Below are positions 57,236 to 64,000 of a stretch of 64,000 nt of DNA, piece after piece. Position numbers and translations under genes: made by a program. The notes below the pieces were generated by a model, which was not told the DNA's origin, did not search any database, and saw only the letters and a program-made list of their open reading frames with translations. Source of the DNA: an uncultured delta proteobacterium (lineage in GTDB: Bacteria > Desulfobacterota > Binatia > UBA9968); contig CAVTUQ010000009.1 of NCBI GenBank assembly GCA_963737905.1, forward strand, positions 1 to 64,000. The letters run 5' to 3'. Numbering within the stretch: position 1 is the stretch's first letter; each line of letters starts with the position of its first letter.

Positions 57236-57679
57236 TTATCTGGGTGGGGGCGGTGGAGTCGGAGCGGTCGGTGCAGGGCTAGGAGTTGCCGGGACTGCTT
57301 TCCAACCGCTGGCGCACTCAGGGACATACGGATAATAGCCCGCAGGTCGATCGCAATAATACCAAGTTGGAGGCAAGGCTTGAGGTTGAGCAGGGGGCGA
57401 GGAGGGAACCTGTACAACTACAGGAGGAGTGTAAGGGTTTGGATAGGGATAAACCGGTGCCGGATACCAGTACCATGCACCGCCCACGATCCACCACCAA
57501 CCCAGCCGACTGCCGTGCCAGCCGTGATACCAGCGGCCGCCGCGCCAGACGACGATATCGTGCTGATGAAAATGCTCAATGCCGCCCCGCCAGACAGGTC
57601 CAGGTCGCGCCTGACCAAGGGCAGGCAGTGCTCCAGCCAAGAATACAACAGACAGCAGAGCCAAAATCGTTTTCCTCAT
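57236..57679 (-). CDS. Secreted Trp/Pro-rich protein with WYYC..P.GYYPYV..C tail
   Basis: Signal peptide; paralogue of 46037-46459. Confidence 0.8.
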   Translation of the reverse strand: MRKTILALLSVVFLAGALPALGQARPGPVWRGGIEHFHQHDIVVWRGGRWYHGWHGSRLGWWWIVGGAWYWYPAPVYPYPNPYTPPVVVQVPSSPPAQPQALPPTWYYCDRPAGYYPYVPECASGWKAVPATPSPAPTAPTPPPPPR

Positions 57680-57738
57680 TGTGATGCTCCTTTGGAGGAT
57701 TCACAGAAGCGTATTCACTTTCTTGCAAGCTCGGAATG

Positions 57739-57754
57739 AGCAACGATCATACCA
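57739..57754 (-). promoter_or_regulatory. sigma54 promoter
   Basis: TGGTAT-GATCG-TTGCT. Confidence 0.65.
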
Positions 57755-57952
57755 ATGAGCTCACGATCTGGATGCGGGGTAATGGTAGAGATAAAAAAAT
57801 TCTCGTGAGGCGAGCAACAACGCCCCATTGTCTACACATTGTTGCCTCACTCTGTCGCAAAAAGTCGGTTGCGGCCACTGCCGAGCGACTACACGAAAAG
57901 AATTTTTCAACACTGGCCTTTCGACCGAAACACGAGCTTCGCTTTCATTTGT

Positions 57953-57968
57953 TGGCCTCTACATTGCT
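57953..57968 (+). promoter_or_regulatory. sigma54 promoter
   Basis: TGGCCT-CTACA-TTGCT. Confidence 0.65.
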
Positions 57969-58027
57969 TAATGTCTTTATTGAAATGTTTCATACCGCAG
58001 CATGTGACGTAGATAGCGGAGGTAGTT

Positions 58028-58341
58028 ATGAAGACAATGATAAAGATCGCAAGGATGTCTTTGGCGGCGTTGCTTTTCATCGGCTCAGTTGAGGCGAGTA
58101 ACACTTTGGCGGCGGACAAGGTAACAAACCCCAAGGGATTCTCCTCAAAGAAGAGGTTACACCCGGCAGTTACTGCCACATGAAGTTTCCTTCGATAACT
58201 GCTGGCACATTACCAGGGGATCATCCAGTCTTAGGCCAATCCGACATAATCGACTTCTACGGGCCATGTAACGAGGATCCTCTTGGCAAGGACCAGGTTC
58301 ACGACCAGAGACTTCGAAGCTCTGATCGGCAGTCTCACTAG
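58028..58341 (+). pseudogene. Second SYCHxKFP...IDFYGPC secreted protein; 1-nt frameshift at about 58135
   Basis: MKTMIKIARMSLAALLFIGSVEASNTLAADKVTNP/GILLKEEVTPGSYCHMKFPSI...DIIDFYGPCNEDPLGKDQV; not in the ORF track. Confidence 0.75.
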
Positions 58342-58568
58342 ATGAGTACTGCGTAGTTTTTTCCACGTGGCGCACATAAGACACCGAAGGTGTCTTACAT
58401 CCATGGACGGAGTGCGTAAGGATGCCGTTGGGATCAGCACGACAAAGCCTCAGCCGCTAGCCATCTGGTAGTCCGAAGGGCCTTCACGAGATTGCGCAGC
58501 ATCCACGTAAAAGCGAAATTCTTGGGCGCCGGTCCTTGGATTGAAATATAAATCTGTTTTCGCCTTTC

Positions 58569-58584
58569 TGGCTTGATAATTGCT
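58569..58584 (+). promoter_or_regulatory. sigma54 promoter
   Basis: TGGCTT-GATAA-TTGCT. Confidence 0.55.
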
Positions 58585-58599
58585 CAAAGGTTTTCCGAG

Positions 58600-59583
58600 A
58601 TGTTTTTCAAAACCTCTCCTGAAACGGGCGTTCCCAATCGTTGCGGAATCATATTGGCTGCAGGGGAGGGGAATCGGCTTCGCCCGTTCGTCGAAAAACT
58701 GCGGGGCTGCGCGCTTCCTAAACAGTATGTCAATTTCATTGGCAAGCGTTCTATGCTCGAGCATACTTTTTCCAGAGCACATAAAATGATTCCGGCAGAA
58801 CGATTGTTCACCGTCGTGAGCCAGAGTCACCTGCGGCACCCGGAGGTCGCGCGGCAGCTCTCGACCTGGCCGATGCGCTGTATTGTCCAACAACCCGCCA
58901 ACCGAGACACCGGTCCAGGCCTTCTTTTGCCGCTCGCGCATCTGTACAAGCGGTATCCAGAGTCTACCGTCGTTGTTTTTCCCTCCGACCATTTCGTATT
59001 GGAGGAAGATCTCTTTATGGCCTATGTGGATCAAGCGTTTCGCGTTGTCGAGCAGGATCCGGCCAAGGTTGTGTTGTTAGGAATCCATCCAAGCGAAGCA
59101 GAACCGGAATACGGCTATATCGTGCCGGGAAAAAAACTCTGCGGTTCGTTGGCATCGGACACGCGTGAGGTTTGCCGATTCATTGAAAAGCCCGATCGAG
59201 ATGTCGCTCGAGATCTCGTTTCGCGCGGAGGATTGTGGAACACCCTGGTCATGGTTTTTAGAGCTAAGACATTTCTCAACGCGGTTTCGAGGATTGCCCC
59301 ACTGCTTTACAGTTCCTTTGAGCGGATTCGGCGAGCGGTCGGAACACCGTCGGTAGGGGATTTGGTGAGACAGGTTTATCAGGAAATCTATCCGGTGAAT
59401 CTGTCAAAAGGATTGCTTGAGCGGCTCCCGCTGGAACGGCCACCGGCGCTATGTGTGTTGCCCGTTCGGGGCATCCACTGGAGCGACTGGGGATCGGCGC
59501 CGCGCATCCTCCATGTACTAGAAAACAACGGCTACGCGGGTCGTCTCAATGGAGTAGGTGAAAAAAGCCGTTCTATGGTGTGA
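58600..59583 (+). CDS. Mannose-1-phosphate guanylyltransferase-like nucleotidyltransferase (no PMI domain)
   Basis: ILAAGEGNRL, PKQY, NRDTGPG, FPSDH, EYGYI, FIEKP, WSDWGS. Confidence 0.85.
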   Translation: MFFKTSPETGVPNRCGIILAAGEGNRLRPFVEKLRGCALPKQYVNFIGKRSMLEHTFSRAHKMIPAERLFTVVSQSHLRHPEVARQLSTWPMRCIVQQPANRDTGPGLLLPLAHLYKRYPESTVVVFPSDHFVLEEDLFMAYVDQAFRVVEQDPAKVVLLGIHPSEAEPEYGYIVPGKKLCGSLASDTREVCRFIEKPDRDVARDLVSRGGLWNTLVMVFRAKTFLNAVSRIAPLLYSSFERIRRAVGTPSVGDLVRQVYQEIYPVNLSKGLLERLPLERPPALCVLPVRGIHWSDWGSAPRILHVLENNGYAGRLNGVGEKSRSMV

Positions 59584-59736
59584 CAAGACGTAGGGCCACA
59601 AACAATCAGGCAGACCCTCATAACCCAATCTGGAAATCGCGTCGAGACGACTGGAGCAGCGCTGCAATTTGGGAAGCGGAGTTAATCTAGCCGGCGGTGG
59701 CCGGCACGAAAGTGAAAGGGATAAGCGGCCGGGGGA

Positions 59737-60069
59737 CTATTTTTTCGTCAAGCTTGTCACGGCTCCCCAGACGATGCCGGCGAGCCCGATGATTCCAAGT
59801 ATCATTCCCACCGCCGGGATGAAAAAGAAAAGACCTGTACCGAGAACACATAAGCCGAGACCCGCGGGGAGCGGATTCATGGGACGTCGCACCGCGCGCT
59901 GGATGGCTCGGTCACTGGTTCCCATGGAAATCAGCTCTTGATCCAATAGCGCCGAAGCGAGTTCCTTGAGCTGTTCTTGCCTTTCAGGATCGGCGCTTTG
60001 CACAACCTCCCCCAGCTCTCGGACCAATTGTTCGATTTCTGTCTCCAGATTCTCTTGAGTTGCGGCCAT
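59737..60069 (-). CDS. Small protein with two C-terminal TM helices, downstream of ftsH
   Basis: GAGGAG RBS, helical N-terminus, hydrophobic hairpin. Confidence 0.7.
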   Translation of the reverse strand: MAATQENLETEIEQLVRELGEVVQSADPERQEQLKELASALLDQELISMGTSDRAIQRAVRRPMNPLPAGLGLCVLGTGLFFFIPAVGMILGIIGLAGIVWGAVTSLTKK

Positions 60070-60109
60070 AACTTGATTCTCCTCAACCTTAGCCCCTTTA
60101 ATCTTGGAT

Positions 60110-62056
60110 CTATTGAGGGCGGGGACCCAGTATCTCCGCGAGCATAGACTGGCCGACAGTCTCTTCCTGCAACAAAGCTTTCACCAGGCAGTCTAATTTA
60201 TCACGTGCGCTTGTCAACAATTCGTAAACAGCCTTGTGACGCTCCTCCAGCAAGCGCTGGACCTCCTGATCGATCTTCGCAGCTGTGGCCTCGCTGTACT
60301 CCCGCCCCTGAGAAAGATCGTAGCCCAAAAACGGCTGATGATCGTCTGTTTTAAATGCCACTAGACCGAGGCTTCCCATGCCCCAACGAGTTACCATCCG
60401 CCGTGCTAAACCGGTGGCCTCGATCAAATCGTTTTCCGCGCCCGTCGTGATATCTCCAATGGCGATCTCCTCGGCCGTCCGGCCTCCGAGCATCACTGCC
60501 AATCGGGCCATCAAGTAGGTCACGCTGTAGTTGTAGTGATCGTCGCTCGGCAACTGTTCGGTGACGCCCAGGGCGCGGCCGTGCGGAACAATGGTTACTT
60601 TATGCACCGGATCAGCAGCCGGAGTGAGCCACGCTGCCAGAGCGTGTCCGGATTCGTGATAGGCGACGATTCGCCGGTCGTGTGGGTCGACCAAAGCGGG
60701 TCGCTCTCCACCGAGGAGCACTTTGTCTTGGGCTTCTTCGAAGTCAATCATCGTCACTTCAGCGCGATTATTCCGGGCGGCGAGCAAGGCGGCCTCGTTG
60801 CACAGGTTCGCCAGGTCCGCGCCGCTAAAGCCCGTAGTGCTACGAGCGATGGTTGACAAATCAACCTCCGTGGACAAGCGGAGGTTTCGAGTGTGGATCC
60901 GGAGGATTCCCTCCCGACCCTTGCGGTCCGGAAGTCCGACAACGACCTGGCGGTCAAAGCGGCCTGGGCGAAGCAGCGCCGGATCAAGCACGTCGGGCCG
61001 GTTCGTGGCTGCCAGGATGATGACTTCGTGGCGCGCATCGAAACCGTCCATTTCCACCAATAGCTGGTTGAGGGTCTGCTCGCGCTCGTCGTTGCCTCTG
61101 CCTATGCCGGCGCCCCGGTGCCGGCCCACGGCATCGAGTTCGTCAATGAATACGATGGAAGGCGCCGCGGCCTTCGCCTGATTGAACAGGTCGCGTACGC
61201 GGCTCGCCCCGACACCGACAAACATCTCGACGAATTCAGACGCGCTGAGGCTGAGAAAAGGGACGCCCGCTTCACCGGCGACTGCCCTGGCCAGGAGCGT
61301 TTTTCCTGTCCCTGGCGGTCCAACCAACAGAACACCCCGAGGAATACGCGCGCCAACGTTGTGATACTTCAGCGGATGACGTAGAAAGTCCACTTCTTCT
61401 TGCAAATCCGACTTGGCTTCGTCGGCGCCCGCCACATCATCAAAGGTAATCCTCGATTGATCCTCGTTATAACGACGGGCTTTACTGCGCCCGAGGCCAA
61501 AGAGTCCAGCTTGATTCTGGCTGGCTTTCATTCCCATCCACCAAAAAACTCCCACAAGCAGTAACATGGGAAACCAATTCGAAAGTAACTCGATTAACCA
61601 ACCGCCGGGAGGATGCGCGACATCCACGCTTACTTGATGCGATTCCAGAGTGGACATGAGGTTGGGGTCCCCGACGGCTGCGGGATAAGTGGTTCGAAAT
61701 CCGGTGTAAGTCGTCGGGGCAGCATCAGGGTTTACCGCCGGTACAGTTTGCGGGTTCGGTGGAACCGGTAATGCTCTGGGCTGGCGAGCTTCGGGCCAAA
61801 CGAGCGGCTTCACAAATGAACCCGTGATTTCATCGCCGACGATGTGAACATTTGCCACGTTGCCCGACCGCACTTGAGCTACGAAGGCGGTATAGGGAAT
61901 GTTGACTTCAGGATGGGCCTTGGGCCAGAGCACAACCACATACCAGACCGTGAAGAAGATCACGATGAGGATCCAGAGAATAAACTCACGCCATGGAGAT
62001 GGCGCCGGCTCCTGCTGCCCTGAATTCTTTGCCGGTTGCGGAGGTTGATTAGCCAT
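60110..62056 (-). CDS. ftsH: ATP-dependent zinc metalloprotease FtsH
   Basis: Two TM helices, [29 protein letters not shown]. Confidence 0.96.
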   Translation of the reverse strand: MANQPPQPAKNSGQQEPAPSPWREFILWILIVIFFTVWYVVVLWPKAHPEVNIPYTAFVAQVRSGNVANVHIVGDEITGSFVKPLVWPEARQPRALPVPPNPQTVPAVNPDAAPTTYTGFRTTYPAAVGDPNLMSTLESHQVSVDVAHPPGGWLIELLSNWFPMLLLVGVFWWMGMKASQNQAGLFGLGRSKARRYNEDQSRITFDDVAGADEAKSDLQEEVDFLRHPLKYHNVGARIPRGVLLVGPPGTGKTLLARAVAGEAGVPFLSLSASEFVEMFVGVGASRVRDLFNQAKAAAPSIVFIDELDAVGRHRGAGIGRGNDEREQTLNQLLVEMDGFDARHEVIILAATNRPDVLDPALLRPGRFDRQVVVGLPDRKGREGILRIHTRNLRLSTEVDLSTIARSTTGFSGADLANLCNEAALLAARNNRAEVTMIDFEEAQDKVLLGGERPALVDPHDRRIVAYHESGHALAAWLTPAADPVHKVTIVPHGRALGVTEQLPSDDHYNYSVTYLMARLAVMLGGRTAEEIAIGDITTGAENDLIEATGLARRMVTRWGMGSLGLVAFKTDDHQPFLGYDLSQGREYSEATAAKIDQEVQRLLEERHKAVYELLTSARDKLDCLVKALLQEETVGQSMLAEILGPRPQ

Positions 62057-62133
62057 GAGATTGCATGGTGCCTTACAGCGGCTGCCCCAGATTCAGCACC
62101 TTGATCATTACTTCAAGGTCTAGTTGTTACTGG

Positions 62134-62149
62134 CGCAAATAGCATGCCC
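62134..62149 (-). promoter_or_regulatory. sigma54 promoter (ftsH)
   Basis: GGGCAT-GCTAT-TTGCG. Confidence 0.65.
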
Positions 62150-62458
62150 GTTTGAAGGCAGCAAAAGTAGGTGTTTAACAGGCCGTCGAAAAGTCGAGTG
62201 GCAACAAAGCCACACCTCCGCTCACATTTTTGCCACAGACGACGATCCGTGATCTGTGGTGCGAGAACTCGATCCGCCGGACGACGCCGATCGCCATGCC
62301 GCGTCTATTCATTTCTCTGACGACGTCTCGCCCAAAGAAATGACCCTTGCGCGGTGAATCTAGGTTTGGATGTCACCAAAGGTTTTGCAGTTGGCTTCCC
62401 GACAGGAGAATTGTAAAAATTGAGGACTTAACTCGCTTGCGCCGGGGATACATCAAAC

Positions 62459-63700
62459 GTGGTTAGCAAGAAAAGCATAGTAGAAGAACGACCGCCTTTT
62501 AACACGGGTCAATCCAACCCTCACGCGGGGCCTTTTTGGCTCCAGTTGGAGCCTGTTGCTTTCTTGGCGGTGATCTTTTTCATCAATTTCATCGCGAGAA
62601 TCATCCTCTCGCCACTGCTGCCGACTATCGAAAAGGAACTGGAGATCAGTCACGGCCAGGCGGGATCCTTCTTCTTTTTGATCTCGGCGGGCTATGTGAT
62701 CGGACTCCTAGGGTCGGGATTTCTAGCGTCCCGCTCGAGTCACAAAATCACCATCGTGACTTCTACTGCCGGGGTTGGATTGGCGCTCCTGGGAATTTCC
62801 ATTGTGAGCAGCTTGTGGACAATGCGTCTTGGACTCTTCAGCTTGGGATTTGCCGGCGGCCTTTACATTCCCTCGGCGATTGCAACCATTACGTCGTTGA
62901 TCGAGCGACCGCATTGGGGGAAAGCCATTGCCGTCCATGAACTGGCCCCCAACCTTGCTTTTTTTGCCGGTCCGTTTCTTGCCACCCTATTTCTTAGCTG
63001 GTCGACGTGGCGCTCGGCGTTGAGCTTTCTCGGCGTGGCCTCGCTCATCGCGAGTTTCGCGTATCTTCGCTTTGGCCGAGGAGGAGAGTTTGCCGGGGAA
63101 TCGCCGGCGTCGGATGCGTTTGGTCTGCTCGTTCGCTCGGCTTCTTTCTGGATCATGGCCGCGCTGTTTGGCTTGGGCGTGAGCTCCACAATCGGTGTTT
63201 ATGCCATGCTGCCACTCTACCTTGTGAACGAGCGGCAAGTCGATCCGAGCTGGGCCAACATGGTGGTTGCCGTTTCGAGGTCCTATGGGCCGATTCTGGG
63301 GGTTCTTGGGGGTTGGGTGTCGGACCGCTTGGGTCCAAAGCAGACGATGATTATGAGTTTGAGTTTCACCGGAATCGCAACCCTGCTGTTGGGCTTGGCT
63401 TCAGGCGTTTGGATTAGCATGGTGGTTTTGTTTCAACCGCTGCTCGCCGTTTGGTTTTTCCCCGCGGCGTTTGCCGCCCTTGCCGCTACTACTCCGCGTG
63501 CCGCGCGTAATCTCGCGGTGGCCTTTACGATTCCTTGCGGTTATTTGATCGGTGGCGGGGCTATCCCCACTTTCATCGGCATCATGGGCGACACCGGCTC
63601 CTTTGCCCTCGGCTTTATTGTGACGGGAATTCTCATTTTATCAGGCGGCACTTTGGCATTGTTATTAAGGTTACCGGCAAATGACGAGAAGCCGCTCTGA
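62459..63700 (+). CDS. MFS transporter
   Basis: About 12 TM helices, GWVSDRLGPK motif A. Confidence 0.9.
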   Translation: MVSKKSIVEERPPFNTGQSNPHAGPFWLQLEPVAFLAVIFFINFIARIILSPLLPTIEKELEISHGQAGSFFFLISAGYVIGLLGSGFLASRSSHKITIVTSTAGVGLALLGISIVSSLWTMRLGLFSLGFAGGLYIPSAIATITSLIERPHWGKAIAVHELAPNLAFFAGPFLATLFLSWSTWRSALSFLGVASLIASFAYLRFGRGGEFAGESPASDAFGLLVRSASFWIMAALFGLGVSSTIGVYAMLPLYLVNERQVDPSWANMVVAVSRSYGPILGVLGGWVSDRLGPKQTMIMSLSFTGIATLLLGLASGVWISMVVLFQPLLAVWFFPAAFAALAATTPRAARNLAVAFTIPCGYLIGGGAIPTFIGIMGDTGSFALGFIVTGILILSGGTLALLLRLPANDEKPL

Positions 63701-63745
63701 AGCGTGGTTGTCATCGACACGCGCGCTGGTCTATAAGATTGGTCT

Positions 63746-64000
63746 ATGATGACCGTACAAGAATTCGCGGCGAAAATCAGAGAAAGTGACGAGATCGTCG
63801 TTTTCACCGGTGCGGGAATCAGCACGGAATCAGGAATTCCGGATTTTCGTAGTCCCGGGGGGCTCTGGACACGCTATAGGCCGGTCACTTTCCAGGAATA
63901 CATGAGCAGCGAAGCGGCCCGTATTGAGGCCTGGAAAAGAAGGTTAGAAACTTACGAGACGCACAAAAACGCCAGGCCTAACATCGGCCATCATTTCGTC
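63746..64000 (+). CDS. cobB: NAD-dependent deacylase (sirtuin), partial
   Basis: Manual translation [24 protein letters not shown]...ARPNIGH. Confidence 0.9.
   Translation, partial: MMTVQEFAAKIRESDEIVVFTGAGISTESGIPDFRSPGGLWTRYRPVTFQEYMSSEAARIEAWKRRLETYETHKNARPNIGHHFV

Noticed and set aside
1-64000. CRISPR array or cas genes
   Set aside because: No regularly spaced 23-47 bp repeats with unique spacers. The hairpins in 774-5370 are irregularly spaced and separated by genes.
63746-64000. Sir2 as an anti-phage effector
   Set aside because: The [18 protein letters not shown] signature is that of housekeeping CobB-type deacylases, and the context is an MFS gene.

Overview
About 64 kb of a GC-rich bacterial chromosome. 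The gene repertoire (ABC importers, VOC/DUF3500 proteins, dense sigma54 signalling, CGTTCAA-type REPs) suggests a Deltaproteobacteria/Candidatus Binatia-like organism; this is an inference. (1) Positions 1-11.8 kb are the right part of a genomic island ending in a tRNA-fMet gene. A frameshifted tyrosine integrase reads antisense into the tRNA 3' half. Upstream lie RHH and HTH regulators, a decayed P-loop ATPase, a P4-like iteron origin remnant and a mosaic of tiny genes. That mosaic holds six divergent paralogues of one ~70-aa family, four of them missed by the ORF track. It is punctuated by GGGGCCGG..GGCCCC hairpins and includes a candidate sigma54-driven sRNA. (2) Positions 11.9-23.3 kb are core genes: nudix, aspC, coaD, rsmD, qor, A-type Fe-S carrier, ftsY, smc with tandem NrdR-like boxes, HNH and rng. 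(3) Positions 23.3-25.3 kb are a small mobile hotspot with an IS110 fragment, a DUF2442 gene carrying an attC-like site, Phd-VapC and an orphan structured RNA resembling an IS110 non-coding end. (4) Positions 25.4-44.2 kb hold an ABC importer, DUF3500, VOC, a phosphatase, GtrA and a TetR-mdtABC-OMF efflux operon. (5) Positions 44.4-62.2 kb contain an NtrBC-like two-component system surrounded by 13 sigma54 promoters with shared TGCCAC/TGCCTC upstream motifs. These precede degP-tatA, ftsH, mlaC, a cupin, a nucleotidyltransferase and duplicated small secreted proteins. (6) The window ends with an MFS transporter and a partial sirtuin. Scattered single-base indels may be assembly errors. No CRISPR array or rRNA gene is present.
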